Origin: an uncultured Planctomycetota bacterium
GTDB taxonomy: Bacteria > Planctomycetota > Planctomycetia > Isosphaerales > Isosphaeraceae
DNA length: 64,000 nucleotides
Direction: 5' to 3'
Assembly: GCA_963823665.1 (NCBI GenBank)
Contig: CAWGMQ010000006.1
Coordinates: 896,001-960,000 of the forward strand
Positions within the stretch are counted from its first letter, which is position 1; every line of letters begins with the position of its first letter. The position numbers were made by a program, and so were the translations under genes. The notes under the pieces are model-generated. The model was not told the origin of the DNA. It searched no databases and was given only the letters and a program-made list of their open reading frames with translations. Positions 12,786 through 21,969 of the stretch are shown here, in pieces.

Positions 12786-12920
12786 GAGTCCAGCCCCTCG
12801 GCCCCCGGCCTTCCCCTTCCTACTGTTATACTGTCGCCAGGGGGCGCGAATGGTCCGTCAATTTGGTCCGCGCGCGACTTTTTCTTGCAGCGGACGACCT
12901 CCCGTCGACGGCAATTGTCG

Positions 12921-14776
12921 CTACCAGGAGCCGTCGCTCTCGTTCAATCGCTGCTTCATCCTGAGCAGCAGGAACAAGCGGTACGGCACCATTTCCCCGC
13001 GGCCGTTCTTGACGAACCGATTCCAGTAATCCTCCGCGACCCTCTCGAATCTCCCCTCGGCCTGTACATCGTCGCCCATGATGACAACTAGGTTCTCCAG
13101 CGCATCCGCGATCGACACACCGTTCTGCCTGGCGACGTCGTTGTTGATGACCAGCTCATATCGCGGGTAGTGGCCGGCGAGGAAGGTGAAGAGGCCCTCC
13201 AGATTCTTGCGTTTCAACAGGTCATCCATGAACGTCTCCGCCCCACTTCCGGGCCGCCCGTCACCGTGCGAGTTCGTCTTTTCCAGGACGCGTACGGAGA
13301 AACCCCCGGCTGCGACGAAAACCGACACCGCGGGCGGCTCGAAGAACTCGAGATCGACATTCAACGTCCGGCTTTTTTCCTCGAGCGTCTCGATGATCTG
13401 ACGCGAGGTCAGCTTGCGGTCGGACCGATCCTTCAAATGGATGAGACAGGTCCCCGCGGTCGAATCGCGGTCCTCCGTCCGGAGCTCGTAACCCGCCAGT
13501 GAGGAGACCGAGGTGATCCCGTCGATGCCCCTGGCGATCGCACCCAGCTCGTGGCACCTGGCGCTCGTGTATTCGAGTGTCGAGTCCCGAGGAGTCTCGA
13601 TGACCGCATAGATCATGTCCCGGTTCTCGAGCGGAATGACCTCGAAGTTCATGCCGCGAGGGAACGCCGCCGCCTTCAGCTCCTCGAGGTCCTTCTCGAG
13701 CGCCTCGATGGCGATGGCGGCGCTCCAGCCGGGCAGAGGCTTCAGGACGATCGTCGTCGCGGGGTGCCCGTCGATGTCCGTGGAAATATCGAAGAACGGG
13801 GGCGCCATGTCCACCCGGCCGACGTCCTTGAGTCGCAGGATCTTGCCGTCGGGACTGGCCTTTAGAATGATTTTTTCCCATTGCTCGGGCTTGTTGTAGC
13901 GGCTGGGGCTGATGTGAATCAGCTCGTACTCCTTCGACTGCCACGTCTTCGTGGCCCGGTCGAGTTGCGAGGCGTCCAAGGTCGACGGCGTGAGGGCCTG
14001 GATGATGTCGTTGGACGACAGGTTGTGGGCCCGCAAGCGGTCGGGGTTCAACCGGATCCGCAGGGCGGAGCGGCGGCTGGCGAGGTTCCTGAGGACATCC
14101 ATGCCCTTGATGCGCCTGGAGAGGTTCCTGGGGATATCCATGCCCTCGATGCGCCTGAGACGGGGCATGACGACGACGTTCGCGAAGTTGACGAGATCCT
14201 TCTGGTGGGCGTCGGGGGCGGTCGAGTAGACGTTCACATACACCAGCTTGCTGTCCGGCGCGAAGATGCGGCCCGTGCTCCCGACGCCGCGGTCACCCCC
14301 GGCCTGCGGTGGCTTCTCCGCCTTCGCCGCGGCGTCCGTCCCGTCGGGCAAGGAGATTTCGATGATGAGATTCGGCAACGCCTTGAGGATCTGCGACTTG
14401 CCCACAGTGGTGACCTGGGTATGGTCGGCCGCCAGCACCTTCAGGCTCGTTATCCCTCCCAGGTGAACGAGTCCGGCATCGGTGATCCACGTACGGTCGA
14501 GCCGAAGATTCTGGAGCCGAGGTAAGCGACTCAGGTGCGCCAGGCCAGCGTCGCCAACCTTCGTGCGCGCCAGCGTCAGGTCCTCCAGGCTCGCGAGTCC
14601 CTCGAGAGATGCCAGGCCGGCGTCGCCGACCTGCGTACTCGCAAGTTCCAGCGATCGGAGCTTGGCCAGGCCCTTCAGGTGGACCAGCCCCGCATCGGTC
14701 ACCGGCGTGCGCCGCAGCGACAGGAACTCAAGGCCAGTCAGCGCTTCGAGGTGAACCAGCGCGGCATCCGTGATCG
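12921..14776 (-). pseudogene. 5'-truncated gene: leucine-rich repeats fused to RND (AcrB-like) periplasmic subdomains
   Basis: Repeats LxxLxLxxTxVxDAGLxxL followed by IRLNPDRL, ILRLKDVGRV, KNGRGEMVP. The N-terminus is replaced by the repeat cluster at 14777-14882. Confidence 0.7.
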
Positions 14777-14882
14777 GAGAAGCCAGAGAAGCCAGACACC
14801 CAATCTCTGAGGAGCCAGAGAGGAGCCAGACACCCAATCTCGAGGAGCCAGACACCCAATCTCTGGTTCCGAGGAGGAGCCA
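14777..14882 (+). repeat. Stuttered copies of the element's left-arm motif GCCAGACACCCAATCTC
   Basis: Exact copies at 14791-14807, 14825-14841 and 14847-14863, plus partial (G/A)AGCCAGAG units. Confidence 0.85.
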
Positions 14883-15025
14883 GGGAATTCAAGACACCCA
14901 TCCGTTGTCACGGCCCTCCGCATCCATTCATTCGTGGCACGCAAATTCGGTGCAAAACCACGGCCTCTGGTCATTTCGAGCACGCAGAAGGCCAGTGCCC
15001 GACGCTCGGCAAACGGTGGGTGTCT
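14883..15025 (+). repeat. Hairpin element copy E1 (right arm resumes at 17038-17044 after intron 1)
   Basis: GGGAATTCAAGACACCCATCC ... GGTGGGTGTCT^GCCATCC; core shared with E2-E5. Confidence 0.9.
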
Positions 15026-17037
15026 TTGCGTCAGGAAAAGCTCGAGAAAGGGGGAAGTGCCTCGAAACACAGAAACCTTTCATCGCGACCCTGCGGGTTA
15101 ACGAATCCCGCCCGGCAGAGCCTGGCCGGCAGCCGGAAGCAAGTCTTGCGTGGGGAGGGGTGACCCTCACTGCGAAGCGTAGACAGCGAGTCCCCATGCC
15201 ATGCTATCGAGCCCCGAAATACTCATCGTGGGAGCCTCCGTTGTAGACACAAGCGGGGGCCGCGTCGACACGCCGCAATGGCCTGGCGTGTTCGGTCCTG
15301 CCGGGGTCCAAGAACATGGCGCAGGGACGCGAGGGTTGCTCGGGAACCTGAGAGCCCCATCCGTCTCCACTGACATTTCCGGCTCGGGAACCGGAATACC
15401 AACTCCCCGGCCCACGACCCCGCGTCGGGTCGCTGGGAGCGAACAGGACGCAAGGGTGGTATCGCCACACGAAGGCAACGAAGTGCGGCGAAAGGGGCGG
15501 ATGGGAGTCGGAGCGTCTCGTAGTACCGTTGAAGCCGGGGAACCACTCCGAGGGACCCGGTGGAGGGAAGGAGACGCCATGTCACACAACCGTTGGAGGG
15601 AAACATGGCGGGTGCATCGGAACCCGTGGACGTGTCCACGAAACAACAACGGATAGCGGAACTCGCTCGGCGAAGCCCGGAGATGGGATTCACATCCCTG
15701 GGGCACTTCATCGACCTCGATTGGCTGCTCACAGCTTACTACCGGACCCGCCAAGACGGGGCGGTGGGCGTAGACGGACAAGATGGCGAGGCCTACGCAG
15801 CGAACCTGGTCCCGAACCTACGGTCGCTGCTGGAACGAGCCAAGTCCGGTACGTACCACGCACCGCCTGTGCGGCGAGTGCATATCCCCAAGGCAGGCTC
15901 AGCGACCGAAACCCGGCCACTGGGAATCCCGACCTTCGAGGATAAAGTGCTCCAGCGTGCTGTCGTGATGGTTCTGGAGGCGATATACGAGCAGGACTTC
16001 AAGAACTGCTCGCATGGCTTCCGGCCCGAGCGATCGGCACACACTGCGTCAGAGAGCCTGTGGCAACAGACGATGAACATGAAGGGCGGATGGGTAGTGG
16101 ATGTGGACATTCGTAAGTTCTTTGACACGATTGACCACGGCCATCTACGCGACTTCCTCAAGCGTCGGGTGCGAGACGGAGTGCTGCTCCGGCTCATCGG
16201 CAAATGGCTCAATGCGGGCGTCTTCGAGAACGGGTGCGTTACGCACCCCGAAATGGGGTCGCCACAAGGGGGTGTGATCAGCCCGATCCTTTCGAATATC
16301 TTCCTGCACTACGTGCTGGACGAGTGGTTCGAGCGGGAGGTTCAGCCTCGGATGATGGGCAGATCGTTCTTGATCCGCTATGCGGACGACTTCGTCATGG
16401 TCTTCTCATGCGAGTCCGACGCACGGCGTGTGATGAATGTGTTGCCCAAACGCTTTGAGAAGTACGGCTTGACCATCCACCCGGACAAGACGCGGCTGGT
16501 GCCGTTCGAGCGGCCATCGGACCGTCCCAAACCGGAAGGCGGACCCCCGCGAACTCCACCAGGGACATTCGACCTGCTGGCGTTCACGCATTACTGGGGT
16601 CGCTCCCGGCAGGGTCGCTGGGTGGTGAAGCGCAAGACGTCCAAAAGTCGATTTCGCCGAGGCCTGCGAACGTTGGCGGACTGGTGTCGCAAAAATCGAC
16701 ATCTACCGCTCAAGGTGCAGCACCGGATACTAGGTCAGAAACTGCTAGGCCACTATGCCTACTACGGAATCACCGGCAACTCCAAAATGTTGTCACGGTT
16801 TCGCAGTGGTGCCACCTGGCTCTGGCAGCACTGGCTGTCGCGCCGCGGGCGCGGCCGTCGGATGACATGGGAACGGTTCGCTCGGTTCCTGAAGCATAAA
16901 CCGCTTCCGGCAGCGATTGCGATCCACTCAGTATGCCGTCTCGTAGCGAACAAGTGACATGACGAGCCGGGTGCCTTAATTGGGCAAGCCCGGCTCTGTG
17001 GGAGCCTTGGGGGAGCGATCCCCCAAGGCGACCCGGC
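15026..17037 (+). mobile_element. Group II intron 1 (RT-encoding, no endonuclease domain)
   Basis: 5' TTGCG; DV 16964-16996 with AGC triad; DVI with bulged A ending ACCCGGC. EBS1 AGACAC (15245-15250) is complementary to 5' exon GTGTCT (15020-15025). Confidence 0.92.
15605..16957 (+). CDS. ltrA: Group II intron reverse transcriptase/maturase without En domain
   Basis: GVDG, RPLGIP, GFRP, GSPQGGVISP, RYADD, maturase HYAYYG. ATG at 15605 follows GGAGGG. Confidence 0.95.
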   Translation: MAGASEPVDVSTKQQRIAELARRSPEMGFTSLGHFIDLDWLLTAYYRTRQDGAVGVDGQDGEAYAANLVPNLRSLLERAKSGTYHAPPVRRVHIPKAGSATETRPLGIPTFEDKVLQRAVVMVLEAIYEQDFKNCSHGFRPERSAHTASESLWQQTMNMKGGWVVDVDIRKFFDTIDHGHLRDFLKRRVRDGVLLRLIGKWLNAGVFENGCVTHPEMGSPQGGVISPILSNIFLHYVLDEWFEREVQPRMMGRSFLIRYADDFVMVFSCESDARRVMNVLPKRFEKYGLTIHPDKTRLVPFERPSDRPKPEGGPPRTPPGTFDLLAFTHYWGRSRQGRWVVKRKTSKSRFRRGLRTLADWCRKNRHLPLKVQHRILGQKLLGHYAYYGITGNSKMLSRFRSGATWLWQHWLSRRGRGRRMTWERFARFLKHKPLPAAIAIHSVCRLVANK

Positions 17038-17051
17038 GCCATCCTGAGATC

Positions 17052-17070
17052 GATGGGTGTCTGCCATCCC
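17052..17070 (+). repeat. Solo right arm of the hairpin element
   Basis: gatgggtgtctgccatccc duplicates the spliced E1 right arm. Confidence 0.75.
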
Positions 17071-17781
17071 TGCGCCAAGAAGCTCGGAAAAGGAGGATCA
17101 TCTCAAATGTGAAACCTTTTAGCGGAACCCTGCGGGTAACCAATCCCGTCCGGCAGAGCCGGGCCAGCAGCCGGAAGTGAGTCTTGCGTGGGGAGAGGCG
17201 ACTCTCACTGCGAAGCGTAGACAGCGAGATCAAACGCTGTGCGATTGAGCCTCGAAATTTTCCCTCTTTGTCCTGAGCCCTCGTCCTTGTCTGACGCGGG
17301 GGCCGAGCCGGGCATTAGCGAAACCTGGACCCACTAGCGTGCCCGGTCAGACCGGGGTCGGAGAACATGGCGAATGATCAGTAGGGTTCCCCGGGAACTT
17401 GGGAGACCTTGTCGTTTCCATCGTGACGGCCGGCCGGAGCACCGGCTTACCAACTCCAGGTTGATCCACAGCTCTGTCCCGAGCTGGTGGGGACGAACAG
17501 GGGACGAACGATGGTATCGCCAAGCGAAGGAAACGAAGCGCGGCGAAATGGACGGCAAGGAGTCGGAGTGCCCCATAGTAGTGTTGAAGCGGGGGAACGG
17601 CCCTCCGGACCCTGTGGAGCGAAGGGGGCACCGCGTTGTGGATGGGAAGTTGGAACCACGCCGAGGACACCGTGCCTCACCAGCGTGTCACCGCGAAACG
17701 ACCTAGTCGTGTGAGGGACAGTGATTCCCCAACGTGACGAGCCGGATGCCTCTTCGACGGGCAAGTCCGGATCTGTGGGAA

Positions 17782-20201
17782 TCGCGAAACGAAGCTGCGG
17801 ATGAGTCTGTTATGACTGGATTTGCAACCAGGACATAACCCGATGTACGACCACCGGAACCCTACCAGGACGTGCGGCCGGAGCAATCCGACCGTGCGAA
17901 GCTCTTGGGACAACGTAACCTCACCTTCGGGTGGTTGGATATCCCGTGAGGGAATCCGGCGACTGCGAACGCCAATGCGGTCGGGGGCCAGGGGTGGATG
18001 GCATGGCTAATCCAGGTGAACTGCCGATAAACGTCGTGAGATCCAACAAGCCAAAGGCGCTGAGAGGCTTGAACCAAAAAGGTACGTGGCCAGGTACAGT
18101 GGGATTTCCCATCCCCTGTCGTCGTCATCCGAGCCACCGGCGGAGAGGCAGAGCCTAAACCATCCGTGATTCATCCGTGGAACGTGGTAAGCCCGTCGCC
18201 CTCCCTTCGGGGTAGGACCGTCGTAAGGCGTCGCCGATGGGGCGGCGGGTGGAGGATGAGGGAGCAAGCCAATGCCGTTCGGTAGTCGATCGGATAGAGG
18301 GTGAGTCCTCCCACGGACGACATCCCCTCACCGCGAAAGCGGTGCCGACTTCCCTCAGGTGTTCCGTCACGAGAGAACCTTGGCCAACCGACTCAGGGAG
18401 ACAAGCAGATATGTCGGCGGCAGAAATGCTTGCTGGTGCGGCTCCCGAGCTTACGCCCGACTGGCACTCCATCGAATGGAAGAAAGTCTGGCGCACAGTC
18501 CGTCGGCTCCAGGCGCGTATCGTGAAGGCTGTTGCGGAGGGCAGATGGAATAAGGTCAAGGCTCTGGTTTATCTGCTCACGCACTCGTTCAGTGGCCGGG
18601 CCCTGGCCATTTTGCGAGTCATCAGTAATTCGGGTGCGAAGACTCCCGGTGTGGACGGAGTTCTCTGGAACACACCGGAAGCCAAGTCGGCTGCTTTCAG
18701 CACTCTGCGTCGGCACGGTTACCAACCGCAACCGCTCCGCCGGGTGTACATTCCCAAAAGCAACGGCAAGCGACGTCCTCTCGGAATTCCCACCATGTCA
18801 GATCGAGCCATGCAGGCATTATACTTGCTAGGCCTCGATCCCATTGCGGAATCTCGAGCCGACGGCCATTCCTATGGCTTTCGGCTGGAACGTCGTTGTG
18901 CCGACGCCCTGGAACAATCTCATATTGTCTTGGGTAATCGGAGCGGTCCAGCATGGATTCTCGAAGGGGACATCAAAGCTTGCTTTGATCGCATCAGTCA
19001 TGACTGGCTCTTGACGCACGTCCCCATGGACCGGCAGTTGCTCGGGCAATGGCTGAAAGTGGGTTTCCTGGAGAAGCACGCCTGGTTCGCCACCACGGAA
19101 GGAACACCTCAAGGCGGGATCATTTCACCCGTCCTGGCGAATTGGACTCTGGATGGACTGCAACGGCTGTTGGCGGAACAGTTCGCCGAGAAGCACGGGC
19201 GACAACGGAAGTTTAAAGTCCACCTGGTCCGCTATGCGGATGACTTCTTGATCACGGGCATCTCAAAGGAACTCCTCCGTGACCAAGTGCAACCTCTCGT
19301 GGCTCATTTCTTGAAGGAACGCGGCTTGGAACTTTCCCACGAGAAAACCCAGATCACGCATGTGGAGGATGGCTTCGATTTCTTGGGGCAGAATGTGCGA
19401 CGCTATCGCTGCGGCAAGGTGTTCACCAAGCCGTCCTTGCGAAACGTGAAGACGTTCTTGAACAAGATACAGGAAACGATCGACGGCTCGGGCAGCCTAA
19501 CGGCAGGAGAGATGATCTGGCGTTTGAATCAGCAGATCAAGGGCTGGACCATGTACCACCGTTACGCGGCGAGCAAGCGCACTTTTACGTACGTGGATCA
19601 CCGGATTTTCCAGAAATTGTGGCGTTGGTGTCGACGACGGCACCAGAACAAAGGCCGGAGGTGGATCAAGGAGAAATACTTCCAGCAAGACGGTTACCGC
19701 CACTGGGTCTTCACCGGTACGCTGTTTGACCAGAAAGGCCAAGGCCGGCCGATCCAGTTGATGGAAGCAGCCAAAGTGAAGATCATTCGTTATGTGAAGA
19801 TCCGGAGCGACGTGAATCCCTACGATCCGAAGTGGGAACTGTACCTGGAAGCACGACTGGGTTGGCAACTGAGCCAAACGCTGGCAGGTCGGGGTCGGAT
19901 CGAATACTTATGGAAGGAACAAGAGGGACGATGCGTGGTCTGTGGTCAACCGCTGCGGATCGCAGAGGAAGACTTGCATCTCCACCATCGCATCTGGCGC
20001 AGCCGGGGCGGTTCTGGCACAGCCGACAACCTGGAGTTGTTGCATGCCAACTGTCATCGGCAGATCCATGTCCAAGAACGACTGACGAAAGCGGCCGCGT
20101 CCTGCGAGGGGCGTTCGTGAAGGCTTGAGCTGCATGAAGGGAAACTTTCACGTGCAGTTCTGAGGGGAGGGGGTGGCGGTAACGTCACCTCCTTACCCGG
20201 C
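17782..20201 (+). mobile_element. Group II intron 3 (chloroplast-like class, RT-X-HNH) nested in intron 2
   Basis: 5' TCGCGAAACGAAG; DV 20127-20160; DVI ending ACCCGGC. EBS1 TTCCCA (18106-18111) pairs with TGGGAA (17776-17781); EBS2 AGATCC (18039-18044) pairs with GGATCT (17769-17774). Confidence 0.92.
18411..20120 (+). CDS. ltrA: Group II intron RT/maturase with C-terminal HNH endonuclease
   Basis: [38 protein letters not shown]...HLHH...[10 protein letters not shown]. Confidence 0.96.
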   Translation: MSAAEMLAGAAPELTPDWHSIEWKKVWRTVRRLQARIVKAVAEGRWNKVKALVYLLTHSFSGRALAILRVISNSGAKTPGVDGVLWNTPEAKSAAFSTLRRHGYQPQPLRRVYIPKSNGKRRPLGIPTMSDRAMQALYLLGLDPIAESRADGHSYGFRLERRCADALEQSHIVLGNRSGPAWILEGDIKACFDRISHDWLLTHVPMDRQLLGQWLKVGFLEKHAWFATTEGTPQGGIISPVLANWTLDGLQRLLAEQFAEKHGRQRKFKVHLVRYADDFLITGISKELLRDQVQPLVAHFLKERGLELSHEKTQITHVEDGFDFLGQNVRRYRCGKVFTKPSLRNVKTFLNKIQETIDGSGSLTAGEMIWRLNQQIKGWTMYHRYAASKRTFTYVDHRIFQKLWRWCRRRHQNKGRRWIKEKYFQQDGYRHWVFTGTLFDQKGQGRPIQLMEAAKVKIIRYVKIRSDVNPYDPKWELYLEARLGWQLSQTLAGRGRIEYLWKEQEGRCVVCGQPLRIAEEDLHLHHRIWRSRGGSGTADNLELLHANCHRQIHVQERLTKAAASCEGRS

Positions 20202-20234
20202 CCCGGGGCGGGCAACCGCCCTGGGTGACCCGGC

Positions 20235-20372
20235 CCCATCCAGTTGTCACGGTCGCCCGCATCCATTCATTTGCGGCTCGCTCGTTCGGCGCAAAACCAC
20301 GGCCCCCGGTCATTTCGAACACGCAGAAGGTCAGTGCCCGACGCCCGACAAAAGGTGCGTGTGTGACATCCC
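20235..20372 (+). repeat. Hairpin element copy E2 (left arm interrupted by intron 2; right-arm target reads GTGTGT)
   Basis: cccatccagttgtcacgg...catccattcatt...ggtgcgtgtgtgacatccc. Confidence 0.88.
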
Positions 20373-20698
20373 GGATTGAGGAAGCATCGAACTGAATAGG
20401 CTGCGGGTTGGGCTGCTCTGACCTGCCTTCCCGACGCTCTGTGGAGGCACGTCATGACCGGTAAATTCTTGGCACCTCTGTTTGGGTCATTCGTTCTTTG
20501 CATTTCGCCTCCGGTTTCCGGCCAAGTGCCCACGCCAAAACCAGCAACCGCTCAGCCCGCCGCGCCGAAGGCGGTAGGTTCCCCCACGTGGTCGGCATGC
20601 AGCACGCGGATTCGACGATCCCATCGCCATCGGACGCCCCAGGCCGTATAATCCGAGTGAGATCGCGTCTTCTCGCGTACCCAGACGGAGCATATACC

Positions 20699-21001
20699 AT
20701 GGAGATTCCGGTGCTCGTTGAGCCCGTGGCCGGGAACGGCTATCGCGCCCACGGGAATTCGCCTCTGGCGCTCAGCGCGGAAGGCAGCACACCCGACGAG
20801 GCGTTAGCGAAGTTCCGGGAGCTGCTCTCGACTCACCTGGCCGGCGGCGCCCGGATCGTTTCGGTCGAGGTTCCTTCGACAAAACATCCCCTGGCGCGTT
20901 TTGCAGGCACGCTCCAGCGCGATGATCCACTCGTCCAGTCCTGGAAGGAAGAGATGGCCGAATACCGTAAGCAAGTGGAAGCCGACGCCGATTACCTATG
21001 A
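20699..21001 (+). CDS. Putative antitoxin (HicB-like N-terminus)
   Basis: MEIPVLVEP..NGYRA...AEGSTPDEAL; overlaps the start of a PIN remnant. Confidence 0.65.
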   Translation: MEIPVLVEPVAGNGYRAHGNSPLALSAEGSTPDEALAKFRELLSTHLAGGARIVSVEVPSTKHPLARFAGTLQRDDPLVQSWKEEMAEYRKQVEADADYL

Positions 21002-21179
21002 ACCCGCTCGTGCTCGACACCGATATGTTGACGCTCTACCGAGAAGGCGACTCCAAGTAGCGAAAATGGACCTGCGCATCGCCGCGATTGTCCTGCACTC
21101 CGACGGTATCTTGATCACGCGCAACCAGCGGGATTTTGGGCGCATTCCGGGGTTGAGGATTGAAGACTGGAGTAGATAG
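20998..21179 (+). pseudogene. VapC/PIN toxin with internal deletion
   Basis: N-terminal VLDTD joined out of frame to C-terminal MDLRIAAI...LITRNQRDF..IPGLRIEDW. Confidence 0.75.
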
Positions 21180-21224
21180 CGGTCAGATGAGATTCAGGAT
21201 GTCCAACCGGTCAGACCCTCCAAG

Positions 21225-21376
21225 GAGGAATCCAGGCACCGATCCTTTGTCTCACGGCCTCCGCATCCATTCATTCGCGGCTCGCTCGTTCGGTGCAAAA
21301 CCACGGCCTCTGGTCATTTCGAACACGCAGAAGGCCAGTGCCCGACGCTCGGCAAACGGTGGGTGTCTGACATCCC
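21225..21376 (+). repeat. Hairpin element copy E3, intron-free
   Basis: gaggaatccaggcaccgatcc ... ggtgggtgtctgacatccc; intact GTGTCT target at 21363-21368. Confidence 0.9.
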
Positions 21377-21379
21377 CTC

Positions 21380-21630
21380 GTTTCCGGCAAGTCGTCGCCG
21401 AGGTCCAAACACTCTACGTACGCTTCCGCCAGGGGGCGGGCAACGTACGAGGCGAGCGTGAAGGGCCTTCCTCCGGAGATGTCCGGCACGGACGCCGAGT
21501 CGTAGCGATCCCAAACGGCGTTGCGGATGCCTCCCGGGTCGTGAGGTCCCGGCGGGAAAAGATCGACCAGCAGCACATGGCAGCCAAGACGAAGCGCCGA
21601 GTCAATCTTGTCCACGAACTCTTCCACCGA
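21380..21630 (-). pseudogene. Internal fragment of a DUF4058-like protein
   Basis: LGCHVLLVDLFPPGPHDP..I..AVW...LASY...AYVE...GDDLPE, cut at E3. Confidence 0.55.
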
Positions 21631-21698
21631 TGAGTCGCGATCTTTATTTGCGGGCGAAACGACCTCCAGGATGGCAACGATTTGATTCCGGCTGGTAT

Positions 21699-21779
21699 CA
21701 GGAATGCCCGGCGGAAACCGTCGGAGATGCAGTGGTACCAGCGCGTTTTGGACAAGTCGTCGAGGTGGGTGCGAGCCAT
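21699..21779 (-). pseudogene. N-terminal remnant of a REP-associated/IS200-like tyrosine (HUH) transposase
   Basis: MARTHLDDLSKTRWYHCISDGFRRAFL resembles the YHCISRCVRRAFL motif. Confidence 0.6.
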
Positions 21780-21969
21780 CGTAAGCAGTGTGTCTCCCAG
21801 GCGATTTTTACGGTTCCACCTTTGCATTCAAACGGGGCCGCAATTACAATTGTCGGCGTTAGTGCGGTCGCCACGCCGCGAACGAACTGGCTCACGTTTT
21901 TCGCCGCTCTGCTGCGACGTTCAGGATCGCTTCGCTCGTGATCGGCAGTCAGCCTGGAGGAGCATCGTC

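Larger units (their letters stand above)
17070..20234 (+). mobile_element. Group II intron 2, ORF-less outer intron (17070-17781 joined to 20202-20234)
   Basis: 5' region homologous to intron 1; DV 17739-17773. DVI re-forms when 17782-20201 is removed (ACCCGGGGCGG GCAA CCGCCCTGGGT, bulged A). The 3' flank CCCATCC continues the element's left arm. Confidence 0.88.

Noticed and set aside
14777..14882. Possible CRISPR array
   Set aside because: Repeats are only 17 bp, spacers are 5-17 nt and themselves repeat-derived, and there are no cas genes.
15605..20120. RTs as retron, DGR or CRISPR-associated RTs
   Set aside because: Both have maturase domains and lie within complete intron RNA structures with DV/DVI and EBS-IBS matches.
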